A stretch of 64,000 bases of DNA, from assembly GCA_951406725.2 (NCBI GenBank), contig OX597825.1:82584001-82648000 (forward strand). Reading direction: 5' to 3'. The translations under genes and the position numbers were made by a program. Below the pieces are notes generated by a model. It saw nothing but the letters and a program-made list of their open reading frames with translations. It ran no database searches and had not been told where the DNA came from. This DNA is from Octopus vulgaris (lineage: Eukaryota). Shown piece by piece: positions 1 to 11,522 of this stretch; the stretch's first letter is position 1, and each line of letters begins with the position of its first letter.

Positions 1-702
1 TGGAAAATTGCGCATGCCCTGTGTAAAACGAGGGAATAGACGGCGCTGCGGCTCCCAATGTTCCATGGTTGACTCTGCAAGTTTATGTAGCGCAGGAGAC
101 ACGGAAATTGCAATTTGTTTGACCAATTCCTAGAGTGTATTTCGTCGTAATGATTTACTTTCAATTTGTCTAATATCGTAATGTTGTGAGAGACAGCTAT
201 CACGTAGAAAAGCCTGTTTTCTGATTGGGTAAAGTAGCCAAACTTTAAAACTCTCTAACACTTTTATGAAACTGTTCTGGTACAAATGAATAACATAACA
301 AGATTCACCGTGAAACATTACATCGATATACCAAATAAGTTTCACTTAATTTTTAAAATTTCAAAACCTATGAACGAAACAGAAAATATTCGTTATGGGT
401 AATATAGACTTAAGAGAAAAATCAGAACCTATAAAATTCTCATATGCTATAAAACGAAGAAATATTAAATTAATTCTAAATAAATACATATTTTTTAATA
501 CCAAGAAATCATATTACGTCGGTTTGTATTAATCACGCGGAATGTATAAAACATTGATTGTTTTGAGAAGCTACCTATTTCTCATTACTATAACACTACA
601 AAATCGTACATACATTCAGCAGTAACAACTACAACAACAAGCTACTTTGTTGATGCCATTATGTCTTTAAAATTCTGGATCATTAAATTGTATGTAGACA
701 TG

Positions 703-742
<40 letters not shown>

Positions 743-831
743 CACGCACACATACATACGTACGCCGCTATAGATATGTATAAAAAAAAAACGAACAAGA
801 ACGCAACGGACGACAAGATAATATTTAGATA

Positions 832-887
<56 letters not shown>

Positions 888-964
888 TATATGGACTATG
901 GACTCCGTGTGGGCAGTGATCTAAAAGTTTTTGTTCGTCATGATGCTGAAATAAGTTCCTTGTC

Positions 965-1045
965 TTTCCTGATGAGAAGACGGCATAATGCACCCTTTAT
1001 TCCTTCGGAATTAAGAATATGCAGTCTTCGAAACATATGTCGAGA
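965..1045 (+). ncRNA. Type I hammerhead ribozyme motif with long helix II, in a short element between (TA)n and (CA)n/(TA)n
   Basis: Helix I TTTC/GAGA; core CTGATGA (969-975); helix II GAAGAC.GCATA...TATGC.GTCTTC; GAAA (1030-1033); palindromic helix III ACATATGT; cleavage triplet GTC (1039-1041); AATAAA follows directly. Confidence 0.8.
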
Positions 1046-1244
1046 ATAAAGGAATTTTGTTAAATCGTCGTTCGACTCCATTCTTTCATTTATCTATAGT
1101 AAAAAAACACACAAATTTCCACACGAAAGCCCGTGATTTCTGCTCTTGGCATGTAGCTTCAACCGTGCTTTCTGACGTAAATTTGCTACCCGGGTATCGG
1201 TTAACCGAATTATCCATACTAGGATAATTCATTCAACTACTTAA

Positions 1245-1316
<72 letters not shown>

Positions 1317-1716
1317 CTATATCTATAAGATATTTATCACTCCACCCTGAAGATGGCGGTCGGGTCTACTGAATGTCTACTTTCAATACTGATTGTATAC
1401 TTTTGCCAATTATCACATCTTCCAATCGACATTATGAAATAATTCCAAACCACCAGAAGCAGGTGTAGTACATGTAGCCCCATGCCTTCTCCCTTAAATT
1501 TTCGGTATCTTTGTACATTGTGGAATTTTGGTCTGTTAAGATATATATCTGTATATTTATATATGAATATTCTTCATCTGAAAATGTTCAGTCTTTCAAT
1601 TCTCTCAACATATCTGCTTATGTTTTGTATACTAAGCATTTTTTTCTTCATTTTAGATCATTATCTCTCTCAATCTCTCTCGCTCTGTATATACACATAC
1701 ATACATGCATACATAC

Positions 1717-1775
<59 letters not shown>

Positions 1776-2326
1776 CACACACACACACACATATATATAT
1801 ATATGTACATATAATCTTTTGTATTGTTCGTATGCAGGAAATCAGAAAAAATAAACACAAACAAGCGCATGCGCATGCCGGTTACTGCTTACAGACTTGC
1901 GTGCATCAGCATGATATATATATATATACAATTCCATGTTTTACTTGAAAAGTCGATTCTAAAAGAAGGATTTTCTTTGAGATATTTTCAATCGAAATAC
2001 CTTTGGAAACAGAGTGTGTGCATGTATTTTAATAAGCCAAAAGAAAGTGAAGTCACTTGATTTCTATATCCGTGTGTACATGCATATGAATTCTCGTTTG
2101 CAAAAGTGTAGCTTTCCTAGTACTAACAATTTTAATTTTCTAAAATATATAAACTGCAAATATCGAATAAAAAGTACATTAATTTATGTAAGTCACAGAG
2201 AGAGAAACATTAAAGTAAAAAAATAAAACATTTTGCTGCTTAAAATAATATTTGATATTTTTATTTAGTGTTTTTATAATTAATCATTTTGTACGTTTTT
2301 ATACAATGTACCTCAACTTTTTCTAA

Positions 2327-2327
<1 letters not shown>

Positions 2328-2407
<80 letters not shown>

Positions 2408-2480
2408 CTTTCTATCTATCTATCTATCTATTTACATATCTATCTATCTATTTACATATCTATCTATCTATTTACATATC

Positions 2481-2565
<85 letters not shown>

Positions 2566-2654
2566 CTTTCTATCTGTCTATCTATCTATTTACCTATCTA
2601 TCTATCTATTTACATATCTATCTATCTATTTACATATCTATCTATCTATTTACA

Positions 2655-2699
<45 letters not shown>

Positions 2700-2748
2700 C
2701 TTTCTATCTGTCTATCTATCTATTTACCTATCTATCTATCTATTTACA

Positions 2749-2789
<41 letters not shown>

Positions 2790-2807
2790 CTCTATCTATC
2801 TATCTGC

Positions 2808-2885
<78 letters not shown>

Positions 2886-2941
2886 CTTTCTATTTGTCTA
2901 TCTATCTATTTACCTATCTATCTATCTGCCTATCTATCTGC

Positions 2942-3001
<60 letters not shown>

Positions 3002-3020
3002 GTTTGTATGTATCTATCTG

Positions 3021-3108
<88 letters not shown>

Positions 3109-3110
3109 AT
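2328..3110. repeat. (ATCT)n microsatellite followed by (TA)n
   Basis: Direct inspection; about 670 bp of ATCT with variant units (TTTACAT, CTCTTT). Confidence 0.97.
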
Positions 3111-3625
3111 TTGCATATGGGTGTGTGTGTGTGAATTTTCGCGAGTGTGTTTTGTTTACGGCACGAATTTCCTTCACCGAGTAAATAAATGTAAGCAATA
3201 TCTGAATTTCGAATATGCAGAATTTCAGTAAAAAAAGATAAAATTGATATAATGATAAACCTTGTGTTAGCAGAGAATCTAAATCGATGAAATCTTTATA
3301 TTTATGATTACAGAGAAAACAAAAATAAACGAAATATTAAAAAAAAAATGGTTTTCAGATTTTTCTCTAGTTAGGGCTTTTGAAAGAAATACGAGGGTGG
3401 GAAACGTCGATATACATCTCGGTGAGAGTTTTTCATTGGTTTAGGATATTTTGTTTTTCCTAATGTTATATTGAATAAAATACACGCAATAGTTAGTAGC
3501 TTCGAAATGGGTAGTTAATTGATAAACAATCGATAGATACATATCCCAGAGTTACAACAAATTGTGATCATATTTTGCTTATAACGTGTGACGGATGTTG
3601 ATCATGTTTAGCTGGTATCCATTTG

Positions 3626-3688
<63 letters not shown>

Positions 3689-3882
3689 GCACGTATGCTC
3701 AAGTACATATGCACCCGCCCCTACAGATGCAAACACACACCTATATATACAAACATAAACATACACATTCAGGCTTACGCACACATTTACAGACGTATAA
3801 GCACACTAATATGTATGTGTGTGTATGTGTGTCTGTGTGTGTGTGTGTCTGTGTGTATATATATATATATACACAGACACAG

Positions 3883-3962
<80 letters not shown>

Positions 3963-3989
3963 GCACACACACACATATATATATGTACG

Positions 3990-4078
3990 TATATATGGCT
4001 GTTTGGTAAGAAACTTACTTCCCAATTACATGATTCCAGGTTCAATCCCGCAGCGCGGTACTTTGGGCAGTATTTTTC
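3990..4078 (+). mobile_element. Head-only fragment of SINE family B
   Basis: atggctgtttggtaagaaactt...ggttcaatcccgcagcgcggtactttgggcag matches the head of the 52802 copy. Confidence 0.6.
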
Positions 4079-4449
4079 CACTCATTTATTTGTTTTTTAT
4101 TCACTTATTTACTTGTTTATTTGTTTATTTATTTTGATTACTTATACATACGATTGTAATTAATTAATAAATAGCTCTAAAGGAATTTTACAGGGTGATA
4201 TTTGTTGATTGATTATCCTTTCCCATTTTTTAATTTTTCTTATAGATTCTGTGTAAATTGCTGCTTTATCTCTACTCATACCTATTATTCAATTGCGCTA
4301 CTGCCCTGTAACGGCAAGCACGACGATATAAATATGTAGGCATGGACGACTTCTCTCCTTCCATAAAACAACCTTGTCCGGATTTTCTGCGTCGGAGGGT
4401 AACTTTCTAGGTGCAGTCTCTCGTTAATTCATGACTGAAGGGTGTCACC

Positions 4450-4496
<47 letters not shown>

Positions 4497-4949
4497 TCAG
4501 CTATCTATATGCGATGTAGATGATATAATTACATTTTTGAATAATTAAAATGCGTGGGCATTCTATAGCTACATGCACAATAGACTTATAAAGCGAATGC
4601 TTATATACTAAAGAAAACATGGCTCTCTGGGTCGATATTTGTTGCATTGTGTAATATGTATTAAGTTTTCTAAATGTACATAGGAAGTATTATATCGGTT
4701 GTGTTTTTGTCTAGCGTTTGAAGCAATATCGAAAGTTAAACAATGAAAAACAGCAAGGAACTGGAAGGAATAAAATATAAGAATCAAGCCTTATATCATG
4801 AAAAAAATCGAAAGTTACGAACCAGTAAAAGAGGTAAGTGTCTTTTGTTCTTATTAATAGAAAAGATATCTTTGTGTCAAATAATTGTGAAGACATTGTC
4901 TTCAGATCGGAAGCTAGTGCAAGTCATGCTATCCTTCTGATTTTATGCA

Positions 4950-5455
4950 CCAAAATAGAAATAGCATTTTGAAAATGGCGGAGAAATTTTTGCAGTGTGC
5001 AAACGCAACTGTAAATTGTTAGTGAGCATTGATATTGTTCGAATGTAAATAAAACTATTCTATGAAAATGGAAATAGCATCTTGAAAATGGCGAACAAGT
5101 TTTTGCAGTGCATAAACGCAGATGTGAATTGTTGGTGCACACAGATATTGTTCAAATGGGAATAAAAAAGAAATTTGTCAGTGAACAGGTCACGGTCTCA
5201 AAGCGACGAAAATATTTTGACAAATTAAATTTAAACGTTGAAGGGAATCTAACGCTCTTTCTGTGTTTTTAAATGGCTTATAAACACCTTCCATGCTGCA
5301 ATTGATTTTGTTTCAGCACATGATCTCAGATCAGATCACTTGCTATGTAAGTACATCTCCGTAAATAAAACTATTCTATCAAAATGGAAATGGAATCTTC
5401 AAAATGGCGAGCAAGTTCTTGCAGTCCATAAACGCAACTGCGAACTGTGGGTGAG
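4950..5455 (+). repeat. Degenerate ~110-bp tandem repeat, with a further copy at ~6262-6330
   Basis: Recurring aaaatggaaatagcatcttgaaaatggcg...tttttgcagt...aaacgca...tgtgaattgt...atattgttc.aatgtaaataaaact at ~4952, ~5066, ~5381 and ~6262. Confidence 0.65.
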
Positions 5456-5489
5456 TGGCAAGGTTGGGGTACTGGTCCATGTAGACAAA

Positions 5490-6205
5490 ATACAGCAGTC
5501 GATAGGGTAGACCATCGTTACCTGCTTTCTGTTCTGGCGCAGTTCGGACTGGGTCTTGGTTTCCTCAGGTGGATCATACAGTTGTACGACAATATCGACT
5601 CGATCGTTCGGGTGAACGGCTTTCTTTCAAAGCCGTTCTGTATCAAGCGGTCGATTCGTCAAGGGCGTCCACTCTCTCTGCTTTTATATGTAGTGGTCCT
5701 CCAGCCATTGCTACGAAAGCTGAGTGGCATCCCGACGAGTCCGGGAGCTGGAGAATCGGTTATAGCGTACGCGGTCGACATCACTATCATCATGACCAAG
5801 ATGGAACACCTACAGAAAGTAGGCGAAACCATGAAGGTTTACGAGATGGTGGCAGGAGCAAAGATTAATCGGGAAAAATCGATCGGTTTGCAACTCGACA
5901 CCTGGAGGGGCAAGTCGATGTCTTCGAATAGCGTCGTGGGACCCAGGACGGAGGGCCCGGTTAAGTTGCTAGGAATCTGGTTTGGTCCAGATCTCCATAT
6001 AGAAAAGAACCGGTCCGAGCTATCGAGCAAAGTGACCCACATAGTCAAGACCTGGTCTTGGCGGTGGCTATCATTGAAAGGGAGGACGGAGGTGGCTAAT
6101 GTGTTTATCGCAAAGGTCATCGCTTACCGCCTAATCATCGTTCCTTGTCCAGATTCGTGGTTGTTCAATTTGGAGAGGCAAATCTTTCGCTTTTTGTGGA
6201 AGAAC
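5490..6205 (+). pseudogene. Non-LTR retrotransposon reverse transcriptase fragment (Tx1/L1-like)
   Basis: ORF 5447-6217: DRVDHRYL...WIIQLY...VRVNGFLS.PF...RQGRPLS.LLY...AYAVDIT (degenerate YADD)...GAKINREKS...KLLGIWF...LSLKGR; GC-richer than the flanks. Confidence 0.9.
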
Positions 6206-6879
6206 TCCGCAATTTGATTGTATATGACCCCATATCTATGTACGCTATTAATAGGTAATAAAAAAGCAACTGTGAATTGTGGGCGAGAATATTTATTGTT
6301 CAAATGTAAATAAAACTTTTGTATCAAAATTGAAAAAAAAACAACCTACTTTTCCGAGAAAATTTAGGTTAGATATCACACATACATCCTCAAGTTATAA
6401 GTACCTTCCTATTATTACAAGGGGTGCTGAAATGTTGCTGGCTTTGGGTTAAGGAAAATACAGGCGGATTAGTTAATTATGTTTTTATTCAACATTTTCC
6501 CATCTCAGCTTCACACACTTATTGCAGTGGCCCTTTAGGTTTTCTAAGTTCTGTTGAAAAATTCGGAAGTTTGGGCTTCCAGCCAGGCCTTTTGCAACTC
6601 CCTAAAAGCTAAGCACTTTTCAGCACCCCCAAATATATGTACCCACCCATCGAGAGGTTTTCCGTAAATCATAGGAATACAAGTTTGAGCATACGTCTGC
6701 TCGACTATACCAGTGTTGGCACCAAACAATCAACACGAATAGATCATATAACTTATCTCTTTAATTCTTTAGGCTAGCGTAAAAAGCAATGACGCATGGG
6801 ACAAAGGAGAAGAGAAGAAGTTATAGGTTGACTGAGATCGAAACTGCATTTAAACTACAAAGATTGAAATTAAATACTG

Positions 6880-7133
6880 ATTTCAAATTTTGACAGAGGG
6901 TCAGCAATTTCGGAGGTGGGGGAAAACTCGATTAAATTGTCCCCAGTGTTCATTTGATACTTAATTTATCTGTTTCTTTATTACCCACAAGGGGCTAAAC
7001 ATAGAAGGGACAAACAAGGACAGACATAGGTATTAAGTCGGTTACATCAACTCCAGTGCGTAACTGGTACTTAATTTATCGGTATCGAAAGGATGAAAGG
7101 CAAACGCAACCTCGGCGGATTTTGAACTCAAGA
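6880..7133 (-). mobile_element. SINE family A, truncated, with an extra tail unit
   Basis: Reverse complement of the family A body (cccacaaggggctaaac...ggatgaaaggcaaa...ttgaactcaagaa). Confidence 0.85.
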
Positions 7134-8089
7134 ATTCAAATTAAATATTAAAAGCACCATATTCGCTTCTCGTTTTGAGGAATTATCTTTTCTGAAGATT
7201 TATTTTGGTTTTGAAAGAATTTAGACTCTTCCACGTGCAAATGTCATGAAAACCGGCTCAGGTGGAGGTGGCGGGGAAGCAGGCATCTCCATCTCTATAT
7301 ATGAAAGCTTGAGAATTTCTTTTGTAGGATACAGCTCAGCACTATGAAGAAGGCAACAGATGTAGTGGAGTAGTTAAGATGTAGCATTCAAAAAATCCGT
7401 GATCAGGTTTTATTTTTTTAACGTTAATCATTTAGAATCCAGCAATAAGAAGTAAAATAATTTAGTATTTTTATCTTTTTGTTAAGGTTGCTCCATATAA
7501 TTTTAAAAAAACTTTTAAATGTTCAATTGCATTCTTTTAAATTTTAAAGTCAAACAATTTAGTAACTCTTCTCATTTCGATAAGGTTGCTCTATTTTTAA
7601 AATCTTTTCAATTGTTTTAATCTTTTAAATTTTAATCCGCTAATTTAGTCTTAAACTTCCTCATGTAATTCATCGACCTGTCAAACATTTATCCAGCTTT
7701 TAGTGTATATGAGTGTTTTCCTGCATTAAGCGCAGAAGTTAGTATAATCAGGAATTCTCTCTCGTAGTATTTAGTTTACGTGTGGTGTGTCCCCTTTGTG
7801 ATACCCTGCATTTTGTCTGTGTTTAATCAACAATTTCATCTCTCCAGGTTAGGATTAGGCAGATTTTTAATTGTGTAGTGTTCTTTGGGAGTCTTTTTTT
7901 TTTTTTTTTAATACTATCTAGTGTTCAGTTCGGTATGTTTGCGCGTCTCTAGACGACGTCTGGTGTGTGTGTGTGTGTGTTTAGTGTAATATTCTCTGTA
8001 GTGTTAGGCGGGTATTTTCTCTACTGAGTGGGGTTTTGTATCTCTAGTATTCGCGGGGGTGTCTTCTGTGTAGCTTTCGGGATCTGATG

Positions 8090-8765
8090 GGTATTCTCTG
8101 TAGTGTTTAGTGGGTATTTCTGTGTTGGTCTCGTCTCCTGTTTAGTGGGGTATTTCTGTGTTAGTCTCGCCTCGTGTTTAGTGGGGTATTTCTGTGTTTA
8201 GTGGGGTATTTCTGTGTTAGTCTCGTGTTTAGTGGGGTATTTCTGTGTTGGTCTCGTCTCGGGTTTAGTGGGGTAATTCTGTGTAGGTCTCGTTTCGTGT
8301 TTAGTGGGGTAATTCTGTGTAGGTCTCGTTTAGTGGGGTATTTCTGTGTTGGTCTCGTCTCGTGTTTAGTGGGGTATTTCTGTGTAGGTCTCGTCTCGTG
8401 TTTAGTGGGGTATTTCTGTGTAGGTCTCGTCTCGTGTTTAGTGGGGTAATTCTGTGTAGGTCTCGTTTAGTGGGGTATTTCTGTGTTAGTCTCGCCTCGT
8501 GTTTAGTGGGGTATTTCTGTGTTAGTCTCGTCTCGTGTTTAGTGGGGTATCTGTGTTAGTCTCGTGTTTAGTGGGGTATCTGTGTTAGTCTCGTGTTTAG
8601 TGGGGTATCTGTGTTAGTCTCGTGTTTAGTGGGGTAATTCTGTGTAGGTCTCGTTTCGTGTTTAGTGGGGTAATTCTGTGTTAGTCTCGTCTCGTGTTTA
8701 GTGGGGTTTTTCTGTGTTAGTCTCGTCTCGTGTTTAGTGGGGTATTTCTGTGTTAGGCTGGTGTG
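8090..8765. repeat. ~30-36 bp minisatellite (gtgtttagtggggtatttctgtgttagtctcgtctc)
   Basis: About 20 near-identical units, with more degenerate units in the flanks (~7860-8900). Confidence 0.95.
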
Positions 8766-9511
8766 TATTCTCTAGTGTTTAGTCGGGGTAGTCAGTAGTG
8801 TGGTGTGTTAGGTGGGTATTGTCTTGTGTTTAGTTGGGTATTTTAGTAGCGATCTAGAAGTAGGGATTTCTGTAGGTAATGTTAGGCGGGTATTCTCTCT
8901 TTCTATCTCTACCTCCATCCGTCTCTTTCCTGGGTGTTGATAGTGTTATTTATAGGGACCTCACTTGTGCAAATCTCAATGTTTTTATTTTTAGGTGCTG
9001 TTGGCAAGTTTTCTTTTAGTTCTTTTAGTTCTCTATATCACAAAATTTATATGAATGCTATTCCCATTTCTCTTTAATTCTATAATCGACCCAATTTGCC
9101 GTCTATTTCCATTGCCTGTTCTTTTAGTGTGCTTCTTCTCAACTGAATCTTCAGATTTTAATCAAGATTTTAATATAGGTCCTAAATTACTTTGGGGCAA
9201 CCTTAATACCTCGTAAATAAATTGTACATCTGCCTTCATTTAAGTTACCTTTTTTCTGTTGTGCTGTTCGGTATTCTACCCGCTGCACTACGATATTTTG
9301 GTGTGGTACACTTAGCCCAACACCCCTATCATGGTGCTATATAAACTCCAATATAATAAATGTGTTCTCAAAACATTTCTTTAAATTATTGGTACATATT
9401 TAACACTTTAATGTTTACAAGTCGCAGAAAAACATCTAAATGATTTCAGCAACAAACATTTCCAATAAATGAGCGATTTTGTTTCTCGGGTATTTAAAAA
9501 AAATATATTTC

Positions 9512-9903
9512 GGATCTTTTCGGTTTGAACGGCAGTTTTTTCTAGCGGTGTCATATGAAATTGTCACCCATAATTATGACCCTGGTATCGATTTATTGCA
9601 TTTCAATCTATTTTAGGGTTGGGGGAAGGGTATCTTTTTTTCTTCACAAATGTAAATAAACCCAATTTATTTCTTAAACGAGGGACATATTCATACGTCA
9701 CAGAATGTTTTTACCTCAATAGTGTCCGTGATTGGTTGAAATTGCAGAAATTGAAGAAAAAAAACAACAAATCTTACAAAGTATAGAATTTTCTCAAAGC
9801 CAAGAGAAAAAGATGTTTTCTAAACACATTCTACCAGTATACGAAGTTTAAAATGTTTTAGTTACCTAGAAATTAAAAACTGCCTTTCAAACCGAAAAAA
9901 TCC
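9512..9903. mobile_element. MITE with ~29-bp TIRs and an 8-bp TSD (Merlin-like)
   Basis: TIRs ggatcttttcggtttgaacggcagttttt / aaaaactgcctttcaaaccgaaaaaatcc; TSD tatatttc at 9504-9511 and 9904-9911. GG termini with an 8-bp TSD fit the Merlin superfamily. Confidence 0.85.
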
Positions 9904-11290
9904 TATATTTCTATGTTATTATAAACTGTACAACTAAACAACTTTGGGGCTCCGAGAATTTTAGAAATTACGTGTTTATCATATAAAACTAAATTGGAAT
10001 AAAATTTCATTTTAGATATATTTTTAGATTATTTTTACATGTGTTCGAATCTTTGCTTTCACCTCTTATCCCTCCTGTTTAAACGCTCCCTAAGGTAACA
10101 CGGATGAAGAAACGGATTTTAGCGGAAATCCTTTTACAGTTTCCAATTTTTAATTTTAAAATTTGGCTTCTAATTGGGCTTGTTGCATTTTCTAATGCTT
10201 GCAGCTCTATATTCTGCACTCGAAATTGATTTTTTTTTTTGGCTTTCAAATTATTTTTACAGAAACGAAAACTTATATTTGTAACATTTTGTGGTTATTC
10301 TTTTGGTTTTAGTTGTTACAGCTTTAATATTACTCCTTGGAGCGTAATACCGCGCCATACAATGTATTCTCCATTGTAAGCATGTTTGACAATTTTCATC
10401 CTGTTTTTTTTTATTTTATTTTTTTTTAGATCATACTACCGTTTTTTCTTGATATGTTTGATTTTAATTTTCTTTGGTGCACACGTACTTATACTTGAAC
10501 GGATGAAAAGGCATCTATGCCTCCGTTTGCTGCAGTTTGATATTCAGACATAAGGTTGTTCAATCATTCGGCCTTAATGGTCTATGAAACATTAAAACTG
10601 TTAAGCATATCTAATATAATTCTAGTTGTAGGTTGAGGATCTCGATATATAATGTCGGGCTGAAGATTACTTCCTACAGCTGAAACTAATTGATTTGGTA
10701 TAACTGAATTTTGATTTAGGCTGCTTTAGTTTGTTTACGATTTGAAAATAAATTTTTCGTTATCAGGTCTACAAAGGTGACTATTTTGACTGAATCCATC
10801 TAAAAGTTAGCTATAAAGAACACAAGTTCTTTGACGAGAAAATCCATTGGCGGTGGTGTCTGAAATTGAGACTTTATAACTTACCCCATTCTATGCATCT
10901 GTCCAGAATTTAACCGTCTTCATCATTTCCTAGTATATTTTGAATATAATACAAACGCCCATGCTGCCTTTTGATGCGGTTTGGTTCACGGTTTTGTTGT
11001 TTAGACCCTTAGTAATTAAACCGATCAAAATATCCTACTTGTATTGTGATCAAACAGGCCAGAGCTGGCCTCACACTATTAGGTTACCTCATCGAAACCT
11101 CAAAGCTAGAAGAGAATATATGATTAATTCAAAGCAATGAAAAAGTAAGCATAACTTTATCCGTTTAGCAAACTGAGGTGCATCACTTTTCCTCCCCAAA
11201 ATATCGACTTTCTATTTCCTGCTTCTCCCACTTTTAAAAGTAAACAGTTTTACTATCCAGTCTCTCCCTTCGCCGTAGTTAAATGTCTTT

Positions 11291-11522
11291 AAGACGGCGA
11301 GCTGGCAGAATCGTTAGCACGCTGGGCGAAATGCTTAGAAGTATTTCGTCTGCCGCTACGTTATGAGTTCAAATTCCGATAAGGTCAATTTTGCCTTTCA
11401 TCCTTTCGGGGTCGATAAATTAAGTACCAGTTACGCACTGGGTTTGATGTAATCGATTTAACCCCTTTGTCTGTCCTTGTTTGTCCTCTCTGTGTTTAGC
11501 CCCTTGTGGGTAGCAAAGAAAT
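11291..11522 (+). mobile_element. SINE family A, full length (tRNA-derived)
   Basis: Head gagctggcagaatcgttag, B-box gagttcaaattcc, core gcctttcatcctttcggggtcgataaattaagtaccag; TSD ttaaatgtcttt at 11279-11290 and 11529-11540. Confidence 0.92.

Noticed and set aside
1341-1385. CTGAAGAT hammerhead-like core
   Set aside because: Helix II is poor, GAAT replaces GAAA, and there is no helix I or III.
8174-8559. Hydrophobic repetitive ORFs
   Set aside because: Minisatellite translation.
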